A stretch of DNA of 63,065 nucleotides, the filler included, from Octopus bimaculoides (Eukaryota), in the NCBI RefSeq assembly GCF_001194135.2. It is 5 parts of 5 records of this genome, joined end to end, with 100 filler letters (N's around TTAATTAATTAA, not from the genome) between each part and the next. Parts side by side here need not be neighbours in the genome. Positions count along the whole stretch, not along the records: positions 39,333 to 53,035 come from NC_068991.1; positions 53,136 to 58,814 come from NC_069009.1; 3 more parts are not named here. One strand, written 5' to 3'. The notes under the pieces are model-generated. The model did no database searches. It saw only the letters and a program-made list of their open reading frames with translations, and was not told the origin of the DNA. This document shows, piece after piece, positions 41,091-53,606 of this stretch (within the stretch, counting starts at the first letter, position 1; each line of letters starts with the position of its first letter). The position numbers and the translations under genes are program-made.

Positions 41091-42445
41091 TTTCAATATG
41101 CCAAAACGAAAGGATAGCACACCAGTGAATTCTATTAAAATGTAGAAACAAAACCAACTGCCATAATAGAGACTTGAGATCAAATACGAGCTGATAAAGA
41201 AATTCCAAACAGTTAACGATTTAGCTACAAAATGTTTCTCAGGTCAATGACTTTTCTATGCGACTTTAATGGATAAAAAAAACCCCACCCCAGCCAGAAA
41301 CAGTAGCATAATATTAAGAGTACACGCTCCTTGTTATCTGCAAAAGTACGTCATAAAGAAATGGCCAGCCTTATTCCTCGTATGGAGAGGCTTTTATCTT
41401 CGGAGATATATTTTCAAATGCAGCGATGAAACATGCACATTAGACACCCAATTATTTGTGCTAAACCTTTATCTATTTTAAGACGCTTAAAGATAAGAAA
41501 GAAGGTGAGTGTGAAGTAGCATTTATTGCAAGCAATGATTAGCAATATAAATGAAGAACAAGCTGGTTGGCACAGTGCAGAAGTGCAAAGAAGCTGCGAC
41601 TGCTTGCTATTCAAACAAGAAATTTATTTGTGGAAAATTTAGAAGAAATTATAGAATATGTTTGCACAATCTAACCTCCTTTTTACGTAGATGAAATTTG
41701 AAGGCACATGCCAACAAAAAGCTATAATGCGAAAAAAATCATTGAGGTCATGTTTTAAAGTAACCAATGGTTGAATAACTTTGTTTGCTTGCAAGTAATG
41801 TTGTTTAAGACCAGTGTAAGTTAAAACCCTTGCTTGCGCGTTATGTTGAAAACCTAGAAGTTCTTAATGGCCGTGTAATATCATAGCCCAGTAATATGGA
41901 AAGGAAAAACTTTTTATTACTTTTTCACTCTTTGGCGATTGTTTTACGCATAAATTTATGCATAAAACAATATTGTGGATACAGAAATAGTCCTTTTCAT
42001 GTGCCACTGATAAATAATGTACCTTGTCAGCCACATATTGTGAACAGTAGTGCAATCCAAATGTTAAATTTTAATATTTATACTTCCAAATGTAAGGTCA
42101 CCACAGCAACCGATGGAGTAAAGCGTTATTGCAAAATTTAATGCATATTACCTTCGACTCACATTTGATCAGGTAATAAATTCTATTGATTTGGAAGGAG
42201 GCTTAACACAAATTCTTCTTTGTTTTTTGGAAATCATACAATATTCTGAGTGAATTGGAAATAAAGCTTTCGAATTTTGGTACAAGGCCAGTAATTTTAG
42301 GAGAAGAATGTAAGTCGATTACAACGACCACAGTTTTCAAATGGAACTTTATTTTATCGACCTCGAAAGAATAAAACTCAAAGTTGACTTGCGGGTATTT
42401 GAACTCACAAAATATAGCGCAAGAAGAAATGCTGCGAATCATTTT

Positions 42446-42565
42446 GTTCAACAGGCTATCGAAAGGTTCAACAGGCTATCGAAAGGTTCAACAGGCTATC
42501 GAAAGGTTCAACAGGCTATCGAAAGGTTCAACAGGCTATCGAAAGGTTCAACAGGCTATCGAAAG
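42446..42565. repeat. Perfect 20-bp minisatellite, 6 copies (GTTCAACAGGCTATCGAAAG)
   Basis: Six identical units counted directly. Confidence 0.97.
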
Positions 42566-44526
42566 TTGCAGAAAGTAAAGAAGAAAATGAAAATGAAAGC
42601 CATTTGGGACAAACTCTGCTCTTAATTGACAATTTTGAAGGATTTCAAGAACCAGTAAAAATTGTTCGAAATGAGACAGAAACAGCCATTGATGTAGTAG
42701 TCCGTTTCAGTTTGATTTTTCTCCGAATATCGTTAATGATGTTTCTCAGTGACATGAGTAATAGCTCACATAAGAAAACCTGAACAAGGAATTTATAAGT
42801 ATGGCGATTATTTGTGTTTTTAAACCCGACGTTCTACGTATATGTCGCTATATATCTCGTATATAACTATGTCGTATATACCTCTATATAGTTAATTATC
42901 ATTATTTCTTTAGCGTTTGATAATATATATCACCTGAAAGATTTACTTAATTTTCTCGCCTGCATTAATCAACATATCTCAGAGCACGTTCAATTTAATA
43001 TACTGACGTCTTTTGCTTTTACCATCTCCTTTCTGTGCATATTTCATAAAGGGTAACAATCCATGAAGCCTCTAACTCTGTCATTTACGTTTCCCTATTT
43101 CCTTTTCCCTAAGACAAAGGGACCCTAAACTACGTGATTTATTGCTTCAAATTTCACAGCTCAGCTTTATATTATCTTTCCTTAAATACTTTTGGTAGTT
43201 TCTGGTAAGACGGTTCTGGTTTTTCTACTGCGATCAAAACCATTCAGTAACAATTTTTGAGTGCAACATTTCCCAGCCACAACTCAGATATCTTAAAAGA
43301 AATTTCCATTTTGCCCTTTCTTTTAGGGGAAACTTTCTTGTCAATGTCTTCACGAAATCATGTAGTCTTAATGTAAATTTAGTTGGTCTTAAAAGTAATT
43401 TCTATTAGTGTTTTGTTATTATTTATCCATCGTCTCCACAACTGTCTATCAAAATTACCTCTGCTTTTTTTATTATTTGGTTTCCCTAAAGAGAGTAAAA
43501 AAAAATAAAAAAAACTCAATTTCTGATTTGTCTCTGTTCCGTAGCTATTTATTTTATTTTCACATTATTATTTACTGGTTATTTTATGTAGACCTTACAT
43601 CAGATATTTTATGATAATTTTCTAGCTACTGACAACCCTGACTTTTCAATGTACGTAGTAAATATAAACTTTCATTTGGCACAGTTTTTACCTATTAATC
43701 TAAAGTGTCTATAAAGTAATTTTCTAAACTTTTTTCGTTGTGTGTATTGTACACTGCGTAGATAATTAATTCATACGTGGCTGTAAGCCTGTTTTTTCTC
43801 TAATTTTCTTATCTCTGTTTTTCTAGCTAACATGATATCAAAGGTAAATATGTCTTTCTCTTCAATGTTTCTTTGGTGCATTTTTCTAAAGTCAGTTTTA
43901 CAGTTATATATATATATATATATATATNNNNNNNNNNNNNNNNNNNNNNNNNNNNNNNNNNNNNNNNNNNNNNNNNNNNNNNNNNNNNNNNNNNNNNNNN
44001 NNNNNNNNNNNNNNNNNNNNNNNNNNNNNNNNNNNNNNNNNNNNNNNNNNNNNNNNNNNNNNNNNNNNNNNNNNNNNNNNNNNNNNNNNNNNNNNNNNNN
44101 NNNNNNNNNNNNNNNNNNNNNNNNNNNNNNNNNNNNNNNNNNNNNNNNNNNNNNNNNNNNNNNNNNNNNNNNNNNNNNNNNNNNNNNNNNNNNNNNNNNN
44201 NNNNNNNNNNNNNNNNNNNNNNNNNNNNNNNNNNNNNNNNNNNNNNNNNNNNNNNNNNNNNNNNNNNNNNNNNNNNNNNNNNNNNNNNNNNNNNNNNNNN
44301 NNNNNNNNNNNNNNNNNNNNNNNNNNNNNNNNNNNNNNNNNNNNNNNNNNNNNNNNNNNNNNNNNNNNNNNNNNNNNNNNNNNNNNNNNNNNNNNNNNNN
44401 NNNNNNNNNNNNNNNNNNNNNNNNNNNNNNNNNNNNNNNNNNNNNNNNNNNNNNNNNNNNNNNNNNNNNNNNNNNNNNNNNNNNNNNNNNNNNNNNNNNN
44501 NNNNNNNNNNNNNNNNNNNNNNNNNN

Positions 44527-44596
44527 CCCTAACCCTAGGGTTAGGGTTAGGGTTAGGGTTAGAGTTAGGGTTAGAGTTAGGGTTAGGGTTAGGGTT
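44527..44596. repeat. Interstitial telomere-like (TTAGGG)n array with an inverted junction
   Basis: ccctaaccctAGGGTTAGGG..., with about 10 TTAGGG/TTAGAG units next to a gap. A shorter (AACCCT)5 array is at 37820-37852. Confidence 0.85.
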
Positions 44597-45582
44597 AATT
44601 GTTTCAGAATCGTTTGTTTATGTAGTCGGCGCTTAATGTATATCGGCTGAATGGACGTCAGTGATTGGTTGAAATTACAGAAATACGACAACTTTAACAT
44701 GGAATAATTTATGGATTTCTTTTTTTTTAAAGAAGACTAAGAGAAAAAGATGTTTTATATGACACATTCTACCAGTGTTCCAAGTTTCAAAGTGTTTCGT
44801 TAATGAAAAATGTGGCCCCCGTTTTAAAAAAGATCCCGGGGAAATCGATAACATTGATCCCATTGCTCAACTGGCACTTATTTTATCGACTCGATTTCGA
44901 CAGTATTTGAATATGAAAACGGGAAAAAATGCCGGCAAGCATTTTACTCGGCGTAGGAACGTTTCTGCCATCTCACCTCTTTCTCACACTAATATAATAA
45001 TAATGTTTTGCATGCGTAGTATTTTAGAGAGCTTTATAGTTTTTTTTGTCATCGACAAAATGAAATGCAACCTTGAAATTGTTATGAAATTGAAAAAAGA
45101 TAGCCAGAACAATTAATCTGTCAAGTATTGTCCTATTTTACATTCCGTACAATTTATGTGAATTCTATTTCCTGGGTTATCTGCAAAAAAAAAAAAAAAT
45201 TAAAAAATGAGATTTCTGACCTCTACATTATATTTCTGATCCCTATATTATATTTTTCTATTGTATCAACAGTTCACCAATGAGTGACATATCTCTACGT
45301 GAAAAACATCTACGTGGATATGTCAGAAATATTGTCATTATGCCTATGTATAGCTCAGAGAACAATGGCGTTTCGTAATATTTTGTTCACACATCTGTTT
45401 CTAGTTTGTCGTCTATAATATGCTAACTTCCTCCAGTCGGAATGTTTGATTCTTTGTATTTTTATCATTGCAAATAGCCAGACCTTCAGTAATATCTCAA
45501 GGGGTTAAAGTTGAATATATTGCGAATGATGATACACTTTACTATTCTTACTCCCTGTTTCTCTCTCCCCTATCCTTCCCTC

Positions 45583-45640
<58 letters not shown>

Positions 45641-46993
45641 AGGGAACAAATATATATATGCATACATGTATACACACATACACACACACACAACACACAC
45701 ACACATATATATATATATATGTGTGTGTGTGAGTGTGTGAGTGTGTGTGTGTGTGTATACATAGATTATATATATAAATATATATATATATATACATATG
45801 TGTGTGTATGTGTATGTATGTAATATATTTATGTATGTGTGTGCGTGCGCGTATTTATATGTGTAAATATATCATTCTAAACGCCATTCTAAATGCAGTT
45901 ATATCGTAGAAAGCTTAGAAACTATGGTATTAATCTCCAAAAAAGCATCTCGTGCATATATATAGTGTTAAAAATCTCCAGAATATATCAATAGCAGATG
46001 AAAAGCGTCTTGCAGCGGTGGTAGAATTGCTGACGCCCACTTTAGCTATAATAAAAGCACAAAAATATAACATATTCACTTTTCAATTTGGGTGAAAGTG
46101 CGTGGTTTGTTAAGGTGTTCGGTTGCCGCTCATAAGGTTATGGGGGCAGTTTCTGTCCGGGACTGCACGTTGCCTCCTTGAGTCAGGCACTTGATTCTCA
46201 CTTTGTTCTTGTCTGCACTGAAAATCAGTACACAGCCAAGTGCTAGTGTAGCCCTTACTCTTTCTATCTGTCACATTCTGGTTGTTTTGCTGACAAAGAG
46301 TGTTTCTCCTGTAACCTGGTCACTCAGAATTTCACTAGAAGCTCAGATCAAGCCACTTGCCAAACACGTACAGCTCCGATACTTATGAAACACAATTCAA
46401 TTCTTAACATAAATGTTAGTACTACAGAAGCTATCTATCTTTCTGTCTACGCAGGCACGTGCGCATATATAAGTATGTATGTATGTATGTATGTATGTAT
46501 GTATACAATAAATTCTCTATCAACATGGCGACTCACGTAAACATTTGCGTGCCTTACAAGGTCTGGAAATGGAAAAAGAGGAATAACTTCAACTAACGAG
46601 CCCCATTGGCTGCTGCACAGTTCCAGTGTCCAACTTAACCTGTAAAATAGCGACATCCAGAGTTATGGGCCGCCATGTGAATATTTCTAGGGCAGGCACA
46701 AGATAGAGTGTTTATTGAAATCAAGATGTCTTGTGATAGTGTTTTTATCATTATGATGTTTCTTTCTGATTTGAAGAAGATTTGGTGATTGTTTCTAGCA
46801 GATCAAGTAACCACATCAAAGCTTTCATATTAGTAAATATGCATGTGTATGTTAGTAATATTTGGGGCAAACAATGAATGTCAAAAGGATTTTTTAAAAA
46901 ATAATCACTCTATCTTTTTGTGTGTGTGTATATACATATAAATATATAATACACACACACACATATACATGTATGTATATGTGTATATTCATA

Positions 46994-47359
46994 TCTATTA
47001 TATAAAAGTCAAAGTATGTATATATGTATGTATGGCTGTATATATGTGAGATAAGTTTCACTTTAATAGTTTCAGTATTATAGTGAAACTATTAAAGGGA
47101 AACTGTCTGACATTACAATAGAGTAATGTTATTGTTTCTCTTTTGAGACGTAATACTGCAATAGGGGAGGAGATGTGATATTGCACTGGGCTCGCACTAG
47201 GCAAGAAGTTAAAATTTTTTGGCCTTAAATACTACCTGGACCCTAAGTAAGGCATGTGTAAAATTTGAATGAAACTGGTTGTGTAGTTCTCAAGTTTTAG
47301 GGATTCACACAGACAGACTCACAGACACACATTCTCATCTTTATATATATATAAATAGA
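46994..47359. mobile_element. Two inward-facing Helitron-like non-autonomous 5' ends
   Basis: The + strand has A|TCTATTATATAAAAGTC followed by (GTAT)n at 46994. The - strand has A|TCTATTTATATATATATAAAGATGAGAATGTGTGTCTG at 47359, followed by ..AACCAGTTTCATTCAAATTTTACACA. Both resemble 5' ends of invertebrate non-autonomous Helitrons. No 3' CTRR ends were seen. Confidence 0.55.
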
Positions 47360-49035
47360 TAATGACGACTAAGTTTTAATATGAGGAACAACACGCAACC
47401 TAATCAAAATATTAATCACCGCTTTAACCAGTTTCCACCTATTTTTGTAAAATGTTCGTGCATAGTAACATATTTAGTTTGGAAAAGTACAAACAGATAA
47501 ATCAGATTCTTTTCAACTCTAGACACAAGGCTCGAAATTTTTGGGGAGGGGCTCAGTCGATTAGATCGACTCCAGTACACAACTGGTACTTAATTTATCG
47601 ACCTCGAAAGGATTAAAGGCAAAGTCGACCTCGGTAGAATTTCAACTCAGAACGTAAAGACAGACGAAATAGCGACATCTAGAGTTACGGGCCGCCATGT
47701 GAATATTTCTAGGTCAGGCACAGGATAGAGTGTTTATTGAAACCAAGATGTATTGTGATAGCAAATAGGTAGTTTGCTGATATGCTACGACGAAGCACAT
47801 GTGAAAAGAAATTAAACACACACATACACACACACACACGCGCATTATGATAAAAAGGTAACTTCGTTAGTAGAAGTTATCTTATTGTGCTCTAACCGTG
47901 TTTCTCGAGATACACCAACACNNNNNNNNNNNNNNNNNNNNNNNNNNNNNNNNNNNNNNNNNNNNNNNNNNNNNNNNNNNNNNNNNNNNNNNNNNNNNNN
48001 NNNNNNNNNNNNNNNNNNNNNNNNNNNNNNNNNNNNNNNNNNNNNNNNNNNNNNNNNNNNNNNNNNNNNNNNNNNNNNNNNNNNNNNNNNNNNNNNNNNN
48101 NNNNNNNNNNNNNNNNNNNNNNNNNNNNNNNNNNNNNNNNNNNNNNNNNNNNNNNNNNNNNNNNNNNNNNNNNNNNNNNNNNNNNNNNNNNNNNNNNNNN
48201 NNNNNNNNNNNNNNNNNNNNNNNNNNNNNNNNNNNNNNNNNNNNNNNNNNNNNNNNNNNNNNNNNNNNNNNNNNNNNNNNNNNNNNNNNNNNNNNNNNNN
48301 NNNNNNNNNNNNNNNNNNNNNNNNNNNNNNNNNNNNNNNNNNNNNNNNNNNNNNNNNNNNNNNNNNNNNNNNNNNNNNNNNNNNNNNNNNNNNNNNNNNN
48401 NNNNNNNNNNNNNNNNNNNNNNNNNNNNNNNNNNNNNNNNNNNNNNNNNNNNNNNNNNNNNNNNNNNNNNNNNNNNNNNNNNNNNNNNNNNNNNNNNNNN
48501 NNNTATACAAGCATAAGCTAAGTGGAATGGTTTATTTCTTTAAGAACTATAAAAAAAGTACCTCATTGTACTTTCTCGGTAAACGTTTGTGTGAAGTTAA
48601 TCCCATATGCATTGGAACGGTTCGTTTAAGATTTATTTTGATGTTCCATAAACCAAAAGGAAAAAAATAACGAGAATGTAAGTAAACAAAAAAATAAAGA
48701 AAAAGGATAAAAAAAAGATAAACAAACAACAGTATGTAATCAACGTCTATGATTGTGTCTTACAATCCATTCAGAGAATTGCTTTCTATTGGTGGAGGAT
48801 GAGATGAGGTCGGAAAGATAAGCAGTTTGAACCTTGTTGGTGGTGTTGCAGTTATAACTTCCTTTTGTATCTCCGAAAATGTAACGATGTTGTGGATAGG
48901 TAGGAAGGGCTTACTTCATCAGGTGGTAAATCTACAATAAGTTCTGTTACGGTTTAGCTGTTTTAGTTATTGGACTGCGGCCATGCTGGGATAGTGCTTT
49001 GACGGGTTTTAGGGCAACAAATCAAATCCATTTTT

Positions 49036-49526
49036 TTTTTACTTGTTTCAGTCATTTGACTGCAGCCATGCTGGAGCACCGCCTTTTAGTCGAATCAAAT
49101 CGACCCCAGGACTTATTCTTTGTAAGTCTCTTTTGCCGAACCGCTAAATTACGGGTACCTAAACACACCAGCATCGGTTGTCAAGCGATGTTGGGGGGAC
49201 AAACACAAATACACAACATATACACACACACACACACACACANNNNNNNNNNNNNNNNNNNNNNNNNNNNNNNNNNNNNNNNNNNNNNNNNNNNNNNNNN
49301 NNNNNNNNNNNNNNNNNNNNNNNNNNNNNNNNNNNNNNNNNNNNNNNNNNTATATATATATACGACGGGCTTCTTTTCAGTTTCCGTCTACCAAATCCAC
49401 CCACAAGACTTTGGTCGGCCCGAGGCTATAGTAAAAGACACTTTCCCAAGGTGCTACGCAGTGGGACTGAACTCAGAACCATGTGGTTGGTAAGCAAGCT
49501 ACTTATCACACAGCCACTCCTGCGCC
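49036..49526 (-). mobile_element. SINE family A, full length with a gap at the internal microsatellite
   Basis: Both halves flank the N run 49243-49350. Confidence 0.9.
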
Positions 49527-50671
49527 TACTTATGTTTCTTTTAAAGTTTGGTACTTATTCTCTCGGTCTGATTTTGACGAATGCTAAGTTACAGGTGGTG
49601 GAAACAAACAAACACCAGTTGTCAGGCGATGGTAGGTGCTGATAAAAATGACACAAAGACACACACACATATACACTCGCACACACACATACATACACAC
49701 GTATACATTCTTATGGACAGTAAGTCCAGTGTTCAGAGGCACTGAGAACCATGTGTCAGCAGTTGAAATGTTACGATATTCATGTGACTGATACAAAGCC
49801 CAGAGTATGAACAATAGATTCTTAACCGAGTCTCAAATATGTCTTACAAAAATACCAAACTTGAAGGATGATACATTGAGAAAATGCAATAGAACATTAG
49901 GCTCTAACTTTCAAAGTAGGGGGCAGTGGACGGTGTGAACCACAAGTGCTATATAATTTATGTTGCGTGTCCCTTTGACCTACAAATAGTCAAGAAGGAA
50001 GGCGAAAAAAAAAATAGGCATGTACAATCCTCTCAAATACGAGATAGCTCGGCAATGGAAAATAAAGGTGAAGATATACATATCTCGTTCTTCTACAACT
50101 CGAATGTCAGGTCTTTGCTGAAGCAATTTTACCTTTCACCGCTTTCTCGTAGACTTTGGAGTCGGTTTACTAAAAAAACATATATGATCAAACGTTTATC
50201 TTTGATCATTGTTGAAAATATACTTAAACTTTATTAAGTAATTCAGTTTGATAAAAATGAAAGATGTTTATGAGCCGGATACTTGAAAATTTGAAACAGC
50301 AGAAGTGTACCAAGTAGTCTAGCAAAGTACAAATTATGTCATCACCTTGGAATTTTCTGCAAATCATTGCAGTGTATAAAAGGAAAGCCAACATTAGACT
50401 GTTAATCTTCCAATTGTAAAGCCTTTAATTTGGCACTAAAACTAATATATCCTATCACTTTCACAATAGTTATGCTTTATTTTTTTGTTAATAGCAACTA
50501 CTTGGCCTCTGTTCGTGTTTTTGGTTTTAAAAAAATTGTACATTTAAAGAGTAATTTGAACTATACCACTGAATACTACGGTGTGATTATCAAATGAGAT
50601 GAATGTCTGTATGCATGTTTGTGTACGTATTGTAGGTGTATATATATACATATATATAATATAATATAATC

Positions 50672-50883
50672 CTTTCTACTAAAGGAACAAGGCCTGAAAT
50701 TTTGAGGGAGAGAACTAGTTGATTATATCGACTCCAGTCTTTCACTAGTACTTAATCTTATCGATCCCGAAAGGATGAAAGGCAAAGTCAACCTCGGCGG
50801 AATTTGAACTCAGAACATAAAGATGAACGAAACACCGTTAAGTATTTCGCCCGGTGTGCTAACGATTCTGCCAGCTCACCGAC
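50672..50883 (-). mobile_element. SINE family C, full length
   Basis: The reverse strand reads ..ggtgagctggcagaatcgttagcacaccgggcg..gttctgagttcaaattccgccgaggttgactttgcctttcatcctttcggg.. with an (ATT)n-like tail. A and B boxes are present. Confidence 0.9.
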
Positions 50884-51029
50884 TAAATAATTCATCATAA
50901 TAAAAATATATATATATTCTCCGATTTAAAGAGGCATTTATATATAAACAAATTGATTGAATAATGTCTTTCAAAGCCTTGTGGTTTGTTTATAGATATT
51001 ACACACACACATACACACACAGATGCTGT

Positions 51030-51640
51030 TTGTTTTAATATACATCCGGCAGATGCTCTAGGATGCATCGTCAGTGATGTTTCTGGAGTTTCAGGAAGTC
51101 TTGGGTCTTTCAGCATCAGACCCCCTGACCCAATTCTATCAACCGAGTTAATCAGGTCCCAGCTTGCATCCCGATAGCAGCAGACTACTGGTCTTTCTTC
51201 TGTGATCTCTGCAGCTTCATTGATGGAACTTATGGCCCTCCTCTATGTTGTATCAGTAACTCTAAGCCCGGTCAGAGCTTTCAAGAATGAACGCCCTGCA
51301 AAACCACGGCAACCCACTTCATTTGCTTAACAACGTGCTCGCCAGTCCTGACTTTGCATTGATCACCCAGCTCCTGGTATTTGGCAAGCTTCATCTCATG
51401 AGCTTCCTCCATGTGGTTCCTCCAAATGCGCAGTCAGTTCCCACATGATTACTCGTGTGGTGGAATTTGAGAAGATCATTGTGTCTGGCCGTAGTGTTGT
51501 TGATACGATGCAATCTGGGAACATTAACCGGTCCACGAGATTCACTCTCGGCTACAAGTCTGGAACTGTGGGGAGAAGGTATGATGGCCGTTGAAGTTTC
51601 AATGAATTGGCTTTCTCTCCGGCTCAGAGAAAAATGACGG
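51030..51640 (-). mobile_element. HERO-like non-LTR retrotransposon 3' fragment (restriction-like endonuclease domain and 3' UTR), decayed
   Basis: Stitching frames on the reverse strand gives IFL*AGEK..LLPT..RVNLVDRLMFPDCIVSTTLRPDTMIFSNSTTRVIMWELT..MEEAHEMKLAKYQELGDQCK..WRARC..EVGCRGFAGRSFLKAL..RRAISSINEAAE. This is the RPD..E..K REL motif of R2-superfamily HERO elements. The 3' UTR (tctgatgctgaaagacccaaga..acatcactgacgatgcatcc) resembles HERO ends as I recall them. Confidence 0.85.
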
Positions 51641-53165
51641 CTTCTTTTCTGAGGTGCATGCAAGTACAATTGTGAATATGTATGTTTATAAATTTCTGTT
51701 GACTTATATAGTCTACCAGGAAATAAACAGAACGATTTATAAGAAAGAAAAGAAATGTTTCCTGGTAAATGCCATGATATGTGCATGAGTATTTAACATT
51801 TATGCACACATGCATTGACACATACNNNNNNNNNNNNNNNNNNNNNNNNNNNNNNNNNNNNNNNNNNNNNNNNNNNNNNNNNNNNNNNNNNNNNNNNNNN
51901 NNNNNNNNNNNNNNNNNNNNNNNNNNNNNNNNNNNNNNNNNNNNNNNNNNNNNNNNNNNNNNNNNNNNNNNNNNNNNNNNNNNNNNNNNNNNNNNNNNNN
52001 NNNNNNNNNNNNNNNNNNNNNNNNNNNNNNNNNNNNNNNNNNNNNNNNNNNNNNNNNNNNNNNNNNNNNNNNNNNNNNNNNNNNNNNNNNNNNNNNNNNN
52101 NNNNNNNNNNNNNNNNNNNNNNNNNNNNNNNNNNNNNNNNNNNNNNNNNNNNNNNNNNNNNNNNNNNNNNNNNNNNNNNNNNNNNNNNNNNNNNNNNNNN
52201 NNNNNNNNNNNNNNNNNNNNNNNNNNNNNNNNNNNNNNNNNNNNNNNNNNNNNNNNNNNNNNNNNNNNNNNNNNNNNNNNNNNNNNNNNNNNNNNNNNNN
52301 NATATATATATATATATATACGGGCGAGCGCACATATATCTATACGTAGGTGTTTGGACAGAACATATACACACAGACTACAACCCTAATTTATATTAAA
52401 AAATATAAAGAAAAAGGAAAAGAAAAAAAACGAAATAAAACACTTCTCTTCCATATTATCATATTACAATATTAATAATTGTAATGGTTTCGTTTCAAGA
52501 GTAAAAAAAAAACACCTTATCCCCCACAAAAGCCTTGTTTGGTCAGTAGTAATAATTGCCTGAAATAACTACTCTGACAATATTACTGCAGTCTATCAGC
52601 TTATTATCAACAGTTTCAAGTGACATAACATCCTCCATGGCTAATCATAATGGCAGATGGTGTAACGAATGTCGTCAGGCAAGTGACCTCAAGAGCAGAA
52701 TAATTGCGAGCTAGGTTTCAAGCCTCAGTCGTTGTTATTTAAGCCTCTTAAATTCCTTGGAAAATGCATAAAAGTTTTGGCCCTTTTTTAAGCACTTGAG
52801 CTGTTCTGTATAGTTTTTCTTTAAAGTTTATAGGGGTCGTCTTTCATTTATTAATAGCTTCTATCACAATGTGTCATATTTGATCCCTTAACCCACGCTT
52901 GATCGAGTTCTTCAACTTATGTTTTGGTCAAAAGCATTCCACGTATCATATGTTCCCAATTTTAGAAGTGCAGAATATATATATGTATATACATACATAC
53001 ATATATATATATATATATGTATGTATGTATATACANNNNNNNNNNNNNNNNNNNNNNNNNNNNNNNNNNNNNNNNNNNNTTAATTAATTAANNNNNNNNN
53101 NNNNNNNNNNNNNNNNNNNNNNNNNNNNNNNNNNNTATATATGTATGTATATATATATATGACCC

Positions 53166-53221
53166 CAAAGCCTTGTGAGTGGATTTGGTAGACGGAAACT
53201 GAAAGAAGCCTATTGTGTATG

Positions 53222-53265
<44 letters not shown>

Positions 53266-53470
53266 TGTGTGTGTGTGTATGTTTGTGTGTCTGTGTTTGT
53301 CCTTCTACCATCGCTTGGCAACTGATGTTGGTGTGTAACCTAGTGGTTCGGCAAAAGAGACTGATAGGATAAGTACGACACTTACAAAGAATAAGTCCTG
53401 GGGTTGATTTGTTCGACTAAATGCAATACTCCAGCATGGCGACAGTCAAATGACTGGAACAAATAAAAGA
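53166..53470 (+). mobile_element. SINE family A, 5'-truncated
   Basis: ccaaagccttgtgagtggatttggtagacggaaactgaaagaagcc..ccagcatggcgacagtcaaatgactggaac. Confidence 0.85.
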
Positions 53471-53558
53471 ATATACATGCACATACACATACATTCACAC
53501 AATTACATATAGACATATTCATATACAGACACATGCATACACATACACAAATTTACAG

Positions 53559-53606
<48 letters not shown>

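Noticed and set aside
41483-41504. 22-nt candidate microexon (ttttaAG..aaagaag|GTGAGT)
   Set aside because: Good splice motifs are expected by chance in 63 kb, and there is no homology or frame partner.
42446-42565. Regular short repeat array as a CRISPR candidate
   Set aside because: The units are contiguous with no spacers, the context is eukaryotic, and there are no cas genes.
44527-44596. Telomere-fusion scar
   Set aside because: The polarity is (CCCTAA)n then (TTAGGG)n, opposite to an end-to-end fusion. The array is short and tied to a dispersed repeat.
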